From Nitrospirota bacterium (GTDB lineage Bacteria; Nitrospirota; UBA9217): a DNA stretch of 64,000 bases. Location: NCBI GenBank assembly GCA_963741205.1, contig CAVUHW010000022.1, positions 134,823-198,822 on the forward strand, in the 5' to 3' direction. Under the pieces are notes generated by a model. That model saw only the letters and a list, made by a program, of their open reading frames with translations. It ran no database searches and was not told where the DNA came from. Shown here piece after piece: positions 48,306-60,002 of the stretch. Position numbers and translations under genes: made by a program. The first letter of the stretch is position 1. The number at the start of each line of letters is the position of its first letter.

Positions 48306-49086
48306 ATGAGTATGAAGGCCATTTCCCTTCAGTCCGGCAGCAGCGGCAACTGCATCTATGTCGAGACCGGCGGCGTCAGGCTCCTATTCGACGCCGGCAT
48401 CACCGGAGTGCAGGCGGAAGAACGCCTGGCCGCCCACGGCCGGGACATCCGTTCCGTAAATGCCGTGATCATCTCGCACGACCATTCCGACCATATCCGT
48501 CACGCCGGCGTCTTGCATCGCAAATACGGCCTGCCTGTCTACGTGACGCCGGCGACGCTCGCCGCCGCATCCACGCGGTGCGCGCTCGGCAAGATGCAGG
48601 ACGTCCGGCATTTCAGGTCCCATGACAAGCTGCGGTTCGGCGACGTGACCGTCCATGCGATCCCCACGCCCCACGATGGTGCGGACGGTTCGGCCTTTGT
48701 GGTCGAGGCCGGTCGGGAAAAGGCTCGGCATCCTGACAGACCTCGGCCATGTGTTCAAGGACCTCATCCACCTCGTGGCATCGCTCGACGCGGTATTCCT
48801 CGAAAGCAACTACGATCCGGACATGCTGGCGAAGGGCCCCTATCCGGCTTACCTCAAGCAGCGCATCAAGGGGCCGCGCGGCCACATCTCCAACGACGAA
48901 GCCGCCGATGTGCTGCTCCGCGCATCAGCAGAAAATCGCCTCCAGTGGGCCTGTCTTGCCCATCTTTCGGAACAGAACAACCACCCCGACGTGGCCCTCC
49001 GGACCCACCGCGAAGTCATGGCTGAAAAGCTTACGCTCTTCGTTGCCGACCGCTACAAGGCATCGGATGTTTTCACGGTAGTCTAA
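48306..49086 (+). CDS. MBL-fold metallo-hydrolase, YycJ/WalJ-like (frameshifted)
   Basis: SGSSGN, SHDHSDH, TDLG, ESNYD, GHISN, LAHLSEQNN. Confidence 0.9.
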
Positions 49087-49113
49087 ACCTACCATTATGT
49101 CCAAAAGGAACAT

Positions 49114-49297
49114 TTGGACGCAGATAAAATCCGATCAACGCAGATTAAACTGTTGAAGCAGGTAATAAGTCTTTTCTGTTGCTGTCATCCGGACTTGACC
49201 CGGAATCATTCATCCAATGGATTCCGCTTTCGCGGGAATGCAGGCGTCGATACAAATGCATTTTCTTTCTGCTTAATCCGCGTTCATCTGCGTCCAA
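49114..49297. repeat. Inverted-repeat element with nested REP-like palindrome
   Basis: Perfect 12-bp termini TTGGACGCAGAT / ATCTGCGTCCAA; inner tgtcatccgg...gggaatg at 49183-49240. Confidence 0.75.
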
Positions 49298-49315
49298 CTG
49301 CTGTTTTCGGTACAA

Positions 49316-50930
49316 TCACTTCCTCCTCAGCGCCAGCAAAAGCCACAAGAACAGCACTCCGCAGGCGCCCGCGGACCAGGCGCTCTCCCGGTCGAAATGG
49401 CTGATCCTGAACGCGACCGCGGCGGCGCCGGCGCCCACGGTGAGGATGGCGAGAATGAACCCCCTGCCGATGTGTGAAATTCTGCTGAGTTCCTCCACGA
49501 TGTCCTTGGAGGTGATCTCCACGCGGGTCTCGCCGCGGCTCGTGGTCACCAGGAAATCCGTCAGCATCTTCGGAAGCTGCACGAGCGCGCGGGAGGTCGA
49601 TGCAGGCCTGCTGGAGGATGCCCGAAGCGGACAGCTCCTCGGACTGGATGAAGCGGCGCGCGAAGGGCGCGGCGATCTCGATGATGTTGGTGTCGGGATC
49701 GAGGCGCGAGCCGAGGCCGTTCAGCATGCCGATGACCCTGCCGAAGAGGATGAAGTCGTTCGGTATCTGGATCGACGGGGAGAGCTGAAGCGCCTCGGTA
49801 ATATCCCGGCCGATCTCGTCGATGTCCATGGCCTTGAACTCGCTGGGCGAGATATCGCGGTACTTCGCGAAGATCCGTTCCACGAAATGCACGAGCGGCT
49901 GAATGTCCTTGGTGAGCGGAATGAAATCCATGTCCACGAGCGAGCGCACCAGTCCCCGGGCGTCCCTGTCCACGATCGCGGCAAAGCCGCGCCGGAGACC
50001 TTCTCTCTTCGGCGTCGACAGCCGGTCCACCATGCCGAAATCCACGAGGATGATCTCGGGCCCCGGCCGTACGAAGATATTTCCGGGGTGCGGGTCGCCG
50101 TGGAACAGTCCGTCCGAGAAGAACATCTGGGCATAGGCCTCGGCAAGGACGCGGCCCGCCTGCTTGCGGTCCACGCCCTGCCGGTCCATCTCGTCGAAGT
50201 CCGTGATCTTGATGCCCTCGAGGTATTCCAGGGACAGCACCTTGGCCGTGGTGAAGGGCCAGAAGACCATGGGGATCTTGATCTTCGGATTCTTTTCAAA
50301 GTTCCGGGCAAAGGTCTCCGCGTTCTTTCCCTCCTGGATGTAATCGAGCTCCTCATGCACGATGCGCGAAAACTCCGAATAGATGACGTCGAGGTTGATG
50401 TGGCGGTAGAGCACCCGAAGGATGCGGATGACGAAACGGAGCGTCCGGATGTCGGCGTCGATCACCTCTTCGATGCCGGGATACTGGACCTTGACCACGA
50501 TGCAGTCTCCGTCCCGCAGGCAGGCCTTGTGCACCTGGCCGAGAGACGCCGACGCGATGGGCTCCTCGTCAAAGGAGGAAAAGACCTCTTCGATGGGGCC
50601 GAGCTCCTCGGTCACGCGTCTGGCGATCTCGGAATACGGCGCGGGCGGCACCTGGTCCTGGAGCTTCGAGAGCTCGTCGGTGTACTCTTCGGGAAGGATG
50701 TCTACGCGGGACGACAGGAACTGGCCGATCTTGATCAAAACGCCTTTCATCTCGATCATGCGCTCGCGCAGCATGCGCGCGTTCGCGGCGTGGAGCGCCT
50801 TCAGACGTTCCTTGCGGACTTCGGGAGAGACAAAGGCATTTCTGAGGGAATGGAGACGGTAGCTCAGGAGGACCCGCAGGAACAGGCGCACACCCATGAC
50901 GAACCGGCCGCGGTAACGGTAAAATTGCAT
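49316..50930 (-). CDS. ABC1/UbiB-family atypical kinase (3' frameshift)
   Basis: IKIGQFLS, IASASLGQVH, VKVQYP, FHGDPHPGN, DFGM. Confidence 0.92.
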
Positions 50931-51073
50931 AGTTGATTATACCAGAACAGGGAGGGAAAGAAAATCAGCATCAAACCGGGCGCGCAGGACGCGGATTTTT
51001 CGGGACCGATTATCGCGGCATACCCGCTTAGTAACTGAGAAACCAAATTCTTCTCAAAATGGAAAGAAAATAT

Positions 51074-51170
51074 ACCGCGAAGGCGCGAAGGACGCAAAGG
51101 AAATCTTTAACTCTTCATATTTAACCATAGAATTTTTAGCACTTCTTCGCGACCTTCGCGCCTTGGCGGT
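51074..51170. repeat. Inverted 9-mer repeat element
   Basis: accgcgaaggcgcgaaggacgcaaag / cttcgcgaccttcgcgccttggcggt. Confidence 0.75.
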
Positions 51171-51199
51171 TCCAAGGTTTTGGTCTCGGCTTGTCCGGG

Positions 51200-52442
51200 T
51201 TACGTAAAAATCCCGATCACCGCGCCGGTCATGCAGGTCGCGAGGGTCCCGGCCACGAGCGCCTTCAGGCCGAGACCGGCGACTTCGTCCCTGCGTTCCG
51301 GGGCAAGGCTTCCGAGGCCCCCGATCAGGATGCCGAGGCTGCCGAAGTTGGCAAAGCTCGCGAGGGCATAGGTCATGATCAGACGGCTCCGCGGGTCGAG
51401 CGCTCCTGACGGGAGCTTGGACATTTCGAGGAACGCGAGCAGTTCGTTCAGGATGGTTTTCGTCCCCATGAGGTAGCCCGCGGTTTGCGCCTGAGGCCAG
51501 GGAATGCCGAAGAGCCAGACGACGGGCGCCATGACGAAGCCGAGGATTCTCTGGAGGGTGAGCGGCTGACCGCCGAAGCCGGGCAGAAGGCCGATGACGA
51601 GGTTCACGAGATGGACGAGGGCCACCATCACCACGAGCATGGCGATGATGTTCAGGAGAAGATGGAGGCCGTCCGTGGTCCCCTTCACCACGGCGTCCAT
51701 GGCGCTGGTCGCGGTCTGCCGCGGCATCAGGCTTCCCGCTGTCTCTTCGCCCGTCTCCGGCACCATGATCCGGGCGATCGTGATCGCGGCGGCAACATGG
51801 ATGAAGGAGGCTATCAGGAGATGGCCGAGTGGATCGGTAATCACGCCGGTTCAGAAAAGTCGCATACAGGACCATCACCGTGCCGGCGATGCAGGCCATG
51901 CCGACGGTCATGAGCGAAAAGAGCTCGCTCCGCGTCATGTTATTGAGATACGGCTTGATCAAAAGCGGCGCCTCGACCATGCCGAGGAAGATCGTCGTCG
52001 AAGCGCCGAGCCCGAGCGCGCCGCCGATGTTCAGGGTCTTCTGGAGAAGAAAAGAAAAGGACCGAACCACCACGGGCAGGACCTTCCAGTAAAAGAGGAG
52101 CCCGGAAAGCGCGCCGATCACGAGTACAAGCGGCAGCGCCTGAAAGGCGAGGATGAAGTTCGAGCCCGGGTCCTGGAGCAGAAAAGGAGGCGTCCCGCCG
52201 CCGATGTAGCCGAACACGAAGGACGTGCCCGCGCGCGTTGCCGACTCCAGCGCCAGCACGACCTTATTGAGAAGCAGGAAAAATTTCTTGAAGAACGGGA
52301 TGTAAAGGAGGACGCCGGCAATCGAGAGCTGGACCGCGACACCCGTCAGCGCGACGGTGTACCTGACGCCCTTTCTGTTCTCGCTGAGAAGCCAGGCAAT
52401 ACCCGTGAATACGGGCAGACCGAGCAATGCTTGAAAAAGCAT
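51200..52442 (-). CDS. nupC: Concentrative nucleoside transporter, NupC/CNT family (frameshifted)
   Basis: AWLLSENR, FVFG, FLGMVEAPL, ILNELLAF, FANFGSLGILIGG. Confidence 0.92.
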
Positions 52443-52484
52443 GAAGAGCTCCTTGAAGATTATGAACCGTACGAATAATAATCC

Positions 52485-52627
52485 TTGACTTCCCGCTGCC
52501 GAACTGGTACATTACCTTACAGAAGTTCCGGATGTTCTTGTAGGGAAACCGCAAAGACAGATCGACTTTGCGGCATTTTTTTTGTCCTTTTCCGTCGCTT
52601 CAATTCACAAGAAGGAGGTAGCTCATC
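52485..52627 (+). promoter_or_regulatory. csp promoter and structured 5' leader
   Basis: TTGACT-N17-TACATT with extended TG; ccgcaaag...ctttgcgg hairpin plus T run; AAGGAGG RBS. Confidence 0.7.
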
Positions 52628-52828
52628 ATGGAGACAGGTACCGTAAAGTGGTTCAATGATGCCAAGGGTTTCGGCTTCATTACCCGTGAAAAAGGCGGCG
52701 ATGTGTTCGTTCATTTTGGCGACATTCAGGACAGCGGCTTTAAGTCGTTGGCTGAAGGCCAGCAAGTGCAGTTCGACGTCGTCGACTCACCCAAGGGCCC
52801 CAAGGCAGCCAATGTTGTAAAGCTCTAA
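52628..52828 (+). CDS. cspA: Cold-shock protein (CspA family), second copy
   Basis: [18 protein letters not shown]; close paralog of 9855..10055. Confidence 0.95.
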   Translation: METGTVKWFNDAKGFGFITREKGGDVFVHFGDIQDSGFKSLAEGQQVQFDVVDSPKGPKAANVVKL

Positions 52829-52852
52829 GCCAACGTTAAATAAATTTTGGCA

Positions 52853-52882
52853 GCAGGCCCTGATCATTCAGGGCCTGCTTTT
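52853..52882 (+). terminator. Intrinsic terminator
   Basis: gcaggccctga-tcat-tcagggcctgc-tttt. Confidence 0.85.
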
Positions 52883-53058
52883 CCCATCCCATTCTTCCTC
52901 TCCCTGCATACCTCACGACAGACAGATCTTCGGAAAGCGTTACAATATTTATTGCATGGTCATCAGGAAAGATACGAGGGACCGTCCAAGAGGGTTCAAG
53001 TCACTTCCGAAGCGCTGTTTCCCTTGTTGTTATCGTGCATACACCTACCCAGGGTTGT

Positions 53059-53644
53059 TCAATTGTTTTGCTTAAGGTTTTTTAGCTGGGTCGTTGCAGT
53101 ATCTATGGATTTTTTGACGCTTTGATTGCCGGGGTCAAAGGCGAGAAGGCTTTTCCAGAGGGAAATGGCGTGCTCGATGTTTCCCGAGCGATACTGGCTC
53201 AGTGCCTCTTGAGACAATGCGGATCGGCAGACGTCGAGCTTTTCCGTCAGGCTTTTTTTCGTAAACGACAGCTCGGATGAAAACCCATTCGCCGCCGGGA
53301 CGCTCTTCAAGAGCAGGTAATAGGTCTTTCCCGACAGAGTAAAATCACCCTTATCGAATGCCTTGTCAGCGGTTTTTTTGATGTCCTCGATGGTTGCGAC
53401 ATATCCCTTCTGCAGCATCTCATCCTCGGGATATTTACCCAGCGGCGTTTTTGTACGATTCGAGGGCGCTTACAAAGTCTCCTTTTGCTACGAGTTCGTT
53501 CGATTTCGAGATAATCCCCTCGACATCTGCCTTATCAACCTTAGCCGTTTGAACGCCGGTTTTTTCCTGCTGCAGGTGAGCGCAGGAAGGAACCGACAGA
53601 AGCGCCGCTGCCAGGAGCGCGCATATTTTTATCTTACGCGTCAT
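53059..53644 (-). CDS. TPR-like lipoprotein (frameshifted)
   Basis: MTRKIK...VPSC lipobox-like; YRSGNIEHAISLWKSLLAFDPGN TPR-like helix pair. Confidence 0.7.
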
Positions 53645-55002
53645 ATTGCAAAAGCACGTCTCCGGTAGATTTTACTCCATCGTTTCTTTCGATAACTCTC
53701 AAAAAGGCTGCGACGAGATCGGGGTCCAACTGCTTGCCGGCGCAGCTTATGAGCTCCTGCAGGGTTTCTTCATCGGTGCGCGCGGTGCGGTAGGGCCTGT
53801 CCGAGGTCATCGCGTCATACGTGTCGGTTATGGATATGATGGCGGCGAACAGCGGAATGTCCTTCCCCTCGAGGCCGTCGGGGTAGCCGCTGCCGTCGAA
53901 CCGCTCATGATGGTGCCTGACCGGCAGGATGTATTTATGAAGTGACGGGGCTTTGCCGAGAATGGCGGCGCCGTCCACCGGATGACGCATCATCTCCTTG
54001 TATTCCTCGGGCCCCAGCTTGTTTCGCTTGCGCAGTATCGCGTCGGGGGTCTTGATCTTGCCGATATCGTGGAACAGACAGGCGACCTCGAGGTCATCCA
54101 GTGCCTCCGCGTCGAGGCCGATTTCTTTTCCCAACTGGACCGCCAACAGGGAGACCCGGGTTGAATGGCCATGGGTGTAGGGGTCCCTCGCGTCGATGGC
54201 CGCGGCGAGCACCCGGACCGTGGAGACGTATGATTTTTCGAGTTCGTCGGCAAAGGTGGTCAGCTTGCCGCGCTGGTCGGTTATGATCGTCATCATTTCG
54301 TTGAAGCCTTCCGTCAATATCCCGAGTTCGTCGCGGGAATAGATCCTGAGGCGTCTCTCACCCTTACCCTCCGTCAGTTCGGAGACGCCCGCGGAAAGCT
54401 CCTTGATGGGTTTTGTCAGGAACGAGGACAGCGCATAGCTGCCGGCGGTGCCGAGGAGGAGAATCACGGTGAATACGATCAGGATCCTACGGCCGATGAC
54501 CCGTTGAGCGTCGAGCAGGGCCGAACGGTTTATTCTGATAATCACCGATCCAAGCTGCTTCTTCATGGATATGATGGGGCTTACGAGCTCTATGGACTCG
54601 GAGGAGGGAATGCTGGTTACCGTCACATCGGCCCCGACTGTCCGATTTCCTGCCGTCGGCCCCCGGGACCTTGCTCATCTTTCTCCCTATTTCACCGATC
54701 ATGCTGTGCGCTATGATCCTCATGTCGGTTCCGACGATGGCGATGAATTCCACGTCCGGATTGGACTCCTGCATCTTGAAGACCATGTTATCGAGGCCCA
54801 GCAAATCCTTTGAGAGCATGCTGTACCCAGCCGAGGCCGCAATGCTTTTGGTCATCACCTCGGCCCTTTTGATGACCTCATTCGAAATATGGACCTCCAT
54901 GATCTTCAGCGTCGTCAGGTAAAACACCAGGGTCGTGCAAAACAGAAGCACGATGACGAAAATAGAGATTTTAAACCTGATTTTACTGAATATCATGGCC
55001 AT
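53634..55002 (-). CDS. Membrane HAMP plus HD-GYP phosphodiesterase (frameshifted)
   Basis: Two TM segments, SRDELGIL HAMP, THGHSTRV, FHDIGK, HHERFDGSGYP. Confidence 0.92.
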
Positions 55003-55249
55003 GAACGACCGGGTTCGATCTCGCAATCAGTGACTGTGCCGCAGCGGACTTTCCCGATGAGGTCCGTCCCGGGAGTCCGATGCCGGTCAAACGAATTTGC
55101 TAACGATCTTTCCCGTCACCTTTCCCGCCTCGCCGGGCGCAAGCATGCCCACAGTGTAACCCAGATGCACAATAAATTCAAGGCCGCTTCTTCCGGATGC
55201 TTCTTCCGGAATGACCCGTTATGGCAAAAAAAAGCAGACCCGCGGAGCC

Positions 55250-56737
55250 TCAGCTTTTCGCCACGCGAACGAGCGTGTTGTTTTCGTTCAGACCGTCGAT
55301 GATGGCGCCGAGGCCGGCCATGTTCCTGAGATAGTTGAGTGGCGTCCTGGGAGATCTCTTCACCCGGGACCAGGAGCGGGATGCCGGGAGGATAGACGGT
55401 CACGATCTCGGTCGAGACCCTGCCCGCGGAATCGTGAACGTCAACCAGCTCGCTGTCCGAATAGAAGGCGTCGCGCGGCGTCATGGCGAAGCGGTTGTTC
55501 AGCGCCGGCGGATGGACCTTATCAAGAGGCAGGAGCGCGCCCTGGAGCCCGTTCTCCCGGGAGATTATCTTGAGCGCTTCCACGAGGCGGTTCAGGTCGT
55601 CCTGGCGGTCGCCGATGGAAACGATCACGAGCACATGGAAGGGATCTGCCATCTCGACCTGGATGTCGAAGCGGATGTTCAGCATGTGGGATACCTGGTA
55701 GCCGGAAAGTCCCAGGTCCGAGACCGTAATGGTGAGTTTGGTCACGTCCATGTCGGCCATGCCGACCTGTTTTGCCCGGTCCTTGCCGAAGCAGGAGGCG
55801 CCCGGGATCTTGTTGATCTCGGCGCGCGCGTCTTCGGCAAGCTTGATGGTGCGGTTCAGGAGTTTCTTGCCTTCCGTCGCCATCTGCATGCGCGCCAGAT
55901 CCAGGGACGCCATGAGGATATAGGAAGGGCTCGTGGTCTGGAGCAGCTTCAGGGTGTTCGTGACGTCGTCGATGTTGATCCTGCCTGCCTTTGCGTGGAG
56001 CATGGACGCCTGGGTCATGCCGCCCACGATCTTGTGGGTGGACTGGACGCACATGTCGGCCCCGGCCTCGAGCGCGCACAGGGGAAGCTTGGGGTTGAAC
56101 TTGAGGTGGGGGCCGTGCGCCTCGTCCACGAACACCAGGAGGCCCTTCTCGCGAGCGTAGGGAATGATCTTTTCGATGTCCGCGCAGAGGCCGTAATAGT
56201 TCGGGCTGGTGATGAGGAGCGCACGCGCTCCGGGATTGTGCATCGATGGCCTGCTTCACGGTCTCGAAGGTGACGTTCAGGGTCAGCTTCAAGTCCCGGG
56301 AAAAGACCGGCTGGAAGAAGATCGGCTGGGCCCCGCTCATGATGAGCCCGGTCAGGACCGAACGATGGCAGTTCCTGGCGATCAGGACCTTGTCACCGGG
56401 GCCCGTCGTGGACGCCACCATGGCGTGGTTTCCCACGGTCGTCCCGTTTACGAGAAAAAAGGACCGGTCGGCGCCTGCTGCTTTAGCCGCGAGTTCCTGG
56501 GCTTCCTTGATAACGCCGGTCGGGTTCTGCAGGGAGTCCACTTCGTCGAGGGTGGTTAAGTCGATGGAAAAGATGCGCGGTCCCACGAATTTGCGGAACC
56601 GGGTGGATATGCCTTTGCCGCTCTTATGTCCGGGGGTATGAAAGGAAACCTTGCGGCTCTCCGCAAGATTGACCATTGCGTCAAACAGGGGGGTGCGGAA
56701 CTGCTCATCCTCGAATCGGTGAAGGAGGAGGATTCAT
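55250..56737 (-). CDS. Orn/Lys/Arg decarboxylase class I, probably arginine decarboxylase (frameshifted)
   Basis: FHTPGHK, LVNGTT, RNCHRS, VDEAHG, QSTHK, TTSPSY, YPPGIP; downstream of speD-speE. Confidence 0.9.
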
Positions 56738-56742
56738 GGTTT

Positions 56743-57663
56743 TCAATGATACGTGAAGAGGGGCGCGTTATCCTCTATGATCTTGGTCTCTTCCGCCATG
56801 GCCTTGCGGATATGCTTCGGGAGCATGTACATGCCCTGGTTCGTGATGCCGTCGAAGTACCGGTTCTCGCCCTTGATCCTTTTCCTGATCAATTCATCCA
56901 CGTGCTGGGGGGTGAATTTGCTGGGGTCAAGGTTCTTCGAAGCGAGGGTGAAGCCCCAGGGAAGACCAAAGGACGGGATCGAGACATTATAGGGTGCGAC
57001 GACCGGAAATACCGATCTCAGGGTCTTATCCACAGCCGTAAAGTTCAAGAGCTGGTGCAGGGCCGTGGTGCCGGCCTGCAGTGAAATCGTCCCGTCGGGG
57101 GAGAGGCGCTCTTTCACGATCTCGTAAAACTCGCGCGTGAACAGGAGATACGCCGGACCTTCTTCCACGGGCTCTGAAATATCGATAATGATGACGTCGT
57201 AGCTGTCCGTGGTTTCCTCAAGGTACTTGCGCGCGTCCATGAAACGGAGGTCGGTCCTGGGGTCGTCAAACGCCCCCTGGTGCCACTCGGGCAGGAGTTC
57301 CTTTGATTTTTCCACGACTTCCTGGTCGATATCCACCATCATGCAGTACTCGACGCTCCTGTGGCGGAGCACCTCGCGGAGCGTGGCGCCCTCGCCGCCG
57401 CCGACGATGAAGACACGCTTGGGGTTCGGATGGGTCAGAAGCGCAGGATGGACCAGTGCCTCATGGTAAATGAACTCGTCGGTAGCGGACGACTGCATCT
57501 TGCCGTCCAAAACGAGGCACCGTCCATAGCTCCCGCTTTCCATGATCTCCATGCTCTGGTACTTGGTCTGGCTCGCATAGTGAATGGTGCGAATCCCGTG
57601 GATGTGGCCTTCCTGGGGACTCGTATATTCAATGAACCACTTGTAGCTCTTGGGCTCGATCAT
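56743..57663 (-). CDS. speE: Polyamine aminopropyltransferase (spermidine synthase)
   Basis: LVLDGKMQS, DEFIYHEALVHP, GGGEGATLRE, YDVIIID. Confidence 0.95.
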   Translation of the reverse strand: MIEPKSYKWFIEYTSPQEGHIHGIRTIHYASQTKYQSMEIMESGSYGRCLVLDGKMQSSATDEFIYHEALVHPALLTHPNPKRVFIVGGGEGATLREVLRHRSVEYCMMVDIDQEVVEKSKELLPEWHQGAFDDPRTDLRFMDARKYLEETTDSYDVIIIDISEPVEEGPAYLLFTREFYEIVKERLSPDGTISLQAGTTALHQLLNFTAVDKTLRSVFPVVAPYNVSIPSFGLPWGFTLASKNLDPSKFTPQHVDELIRKRIKGENRYFDGITNQGMYMLPKHIRKAMAEETKIIEDNAPLFTYH

Positions 57664-58062
57664 GCGGTAACCAGTTCTCCCTGTACGAGCCGGCTTGTGC
57701 GGAAGCTTCTCGTGGCCGAGGATTCCCCGCTTCATCTCGACGATGGAGGGGTTCTTGGACTCGAACTTTTCGATAAGGAATTTTGCGGCGACCCGGGGAT
57801 CAATAAGGTCTCCGCAGGTGAAGACATCGACTGCGGCGTAGCCGTATTCCGGCCAGGTATGGATGGCAAGATGGGATTCGGCGATCACGACCATCCCGCT
57901 GATGCCAAAGGGGCTGAACTCGTGGAAAGCGACTTCAACAATGGTCGCCTTTGCCTCAAGGGCTGCATTTTTTAGTGTTTCCTGTACAAACTCTAAGTTG
58001 CCCAGGGTTTTGGAGTTGCAATCCTTCAACTCCAACAATAGGTGGGTCCCCAACGCGTGCAA
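57660..58062 (-). CDS. speD: S-adenosylmethionine decarboxylase proenzyme
   Basis: TTG start after AAGGAGG; LGTHLL, IAESHLAIHTWPE, DVFTCG. Confidence 0.95.
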
Positions 58063-58535
58063 CCTGTTTACCTCCTTCTCCGCCCGCCGCAATTGCCTCC
58101 CGATCAGATCGGGACTCCGCGAGCACCGCCTTCCGCTCCCGCGGAAGGGTTAAATGTTAGAAACCAACCCGCCTCTACCTCAGGCGGAGCCCACAACATC
58201 AAAACTTAGTTTTCATTTATCAAAAATACTACTCTTTGTCAAGAATAATAATGAGCCGCGCTCATTTTTTTCTGAAGCATCTCTCGATGCCGCGCAGTCT
58301 TCGTCGTGAGCGACGTCTTCGGGCTCATTTTTTTGAAACGAAATATACTCTTTTTTTCATCGATTGCAAGAGAAAATTGCTTGCTGATAAAAAAAACTTT
58401 ACAACGACGCCGGAGTGACTTAAAATGCCTTCCACCGCTCGAGGCAAGAGAGCTCCCAGAGCGGGAAAACCGGCCTCAAAACCCCGCGCACGCGAAGGTC
58501 TCTGCGGCAAATTTACGGTTCGTTTGGAGGTTTCC

Positions 58536-59213
58536 ATGTCTTCCGGTCAAAAAGGCTTCGTCGAGATAGCTACCGTGCTCGTTAATCCCGAGATCTTCAC
58601 CCGTCCCTACTCCTGCGACGTGGAAAAATACGGGTGCAAGTCCATGTGCTGCTACCGTTCCTGCATCGTTCCGGAAGAGGAAGCCCGGAAGGTCGAGGAG
58701 CACCTGGACGGCATCCTCGCCTATCTTTCCCCGGAGAACCGCAAGGCGGTCAAAAAGAACGGGTCGATCCTCGGCACGTGCGCGACCCAGTGCCCCACGG
58801 GCTGCGTGATCCACGAGGACGAGGCCCAGGCGATCCGCAGGAACTTCGGCGGCAAGGGGTTCCGGTGCGTGCTCCTGTTCAACAACGACTGCGCCCTGAT
58901 CTATACCAATAAGGAAGGGATGCGGTACTGCAGCGTGCACAGCTACGCCATCGAGAAAGGCATGGTCTGGGAGGAGTTCAAGTTCGCGGACTGCGTGCAG
59001 TACCCCCTGGCGTTCTATGCCAGCGACGACGGCAAAAAGGTCCTGTCCATCCAGGACACGCCTTACCTGAGCCACATCAAATGCATGACCGAGCCGTCGG
59101 GAGAGCCCATGTACAAGAGCCTCAAGAAGACCATCGAGACGTTCATGGGCAAGGACTTTTACCGGGAACTGGCGGCGTACGCGGAAAAGAAGGGAAAGAA
59201 GGGGGAAAAGTAG
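58536..59213 (+). CDS. Cys-rich DUF3109/YkgJ-like protein
   Basis: C...CKSMCC, DCAL, YCSVH, CVQYPL pattern; GGAGG RBS. Confidence 0.7.
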   Translation: MSSGQKGFVEIATVLVNPEIFTRPYSCDVEKYGCKSMCCYRSCIVPEEEARKVEEHLDGILAYLSPENRKAVKKNGSILGTCATQCPTGCVIHEDEAQAIRRNFGGKGFRCVLLFNNDCALIYTNKEGMRYCSVHSYAIEKGMVWEEFKFADCVQYPLAFYASDDGKKVLSIQDTPYLSHIKCMTEPSGEPMYKSLKKTIETFMGKDFYRELAAYAEKKGKKGEK

Positions 59214-59218
59214 ATGCC

Positions 59219-59701
59219 TTACGGGAACCGCCTCGCTTCGAGGAAGGACTTCTTCCAGTAGGGATCATTCAGGCTGTCCTTCCGGACCTTCCCCCCTTTG
59301 CCAGGGGCGTGGACAAAGAGGTCGTTTTCAAGGTAGATGCCGACGTGGGAGTATCTCCTTCCGCGCTCGGTGAAGAACAGCAGGTCGCCCTTCCGCATGT
59401 CCCGCGGGTCGACGGGGCTGGTATACTTCCTTAATGCCTTCGTGCCGTGCGGCACATCCATTCCCGCCGAGAGATAACCGTACCTCACCAGGCCGCTGCA
59501 GTCGAACCCCGCAGGACTGACGCCCTTGTATTTATAGGGCCTGTCGATCATGGAGACGGCAGTTGTTGCGGCCTTCTCGCCGATGGCCGGGTCGCAGCCT
59601 GCCGCACGTTGCGCTGAAGTAGCGGCACAGACCGGGAAAACGGCGCCGATCGAGCCAAAGAGCATTGCGAGCAGTAATGTCCGGCGCATGGTCTTGTTCA
59701 T
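59219..59701 (-). CDS. NlpC/P60 family cell-wall peptidase
   Basis: Signal peptide, PY.Y.G..P.GFDCSGL, GDLLFF, HVGIY, FVHA. Confidence 0.93.
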   Translation of the reverse strand: MNKTMRRTLLLAMLFGSIGAVFPVCAATSAQRAAGCDPAIGEKAATTAVSMIDRPYKYKGVSPAGFDCSGLVRYGYLSAGMDVPHGTKALRKYTSPVDPRDMRKGDLLFFTERGRRYSHVGIYLENDLFVHAPGKGGKVRKDSLNDPYWKKSFLEARRFP

Positions 59702-60002
59702 GGTTTCCGCTATAGTAATGAAACCGGTCGGCAATGTCAATTCAGTTGTGTCGAGGAAGCGGGAAGTCGGGGACCGTGAGAAAAACATGCGATCCCGCTC
59801 ACCCGAATCCTCTTTTGCGTCTTCGCCGCCAACCCAGAATCTCCTTGACCCTCCTGCATCACCCTGCTATATTCAGCCAACAGTCATCCTTGGATTGAAA
59901 TTCGCTCGGCATATGCGACCGGACTTGCAGCACCGGCCATTACCCCCGCCTTTGAATTCCTCCCCCGTCGAGGGGGAGGAGAAGGGAGAGGAGCTTTTTC
60001 AT

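Noticed and set aside
49179-50936. Long antisense ORFs such as this 585-aa one
   Set aside because: Shadow frames of GC-rich genes on the opposite strand, with no motifs or RBS.
55010-55120. Cyclic di-GMP riboswitch upstream of the HD-GYP gene
   Set aside because: GCAAA and a hairpin are present, but the GNRA tetraloop/receptor architecture of the GEMM motif is not.
56743-58092. SpeD-SpeE fusion (449-aa ORF)
   Set aside because: An alternative frame ends VQGELVTA-stop with an ATGA overlap and GGGAGA RBS at the speE start, so a single indel likely explains the fusion. Polishing would settle it.
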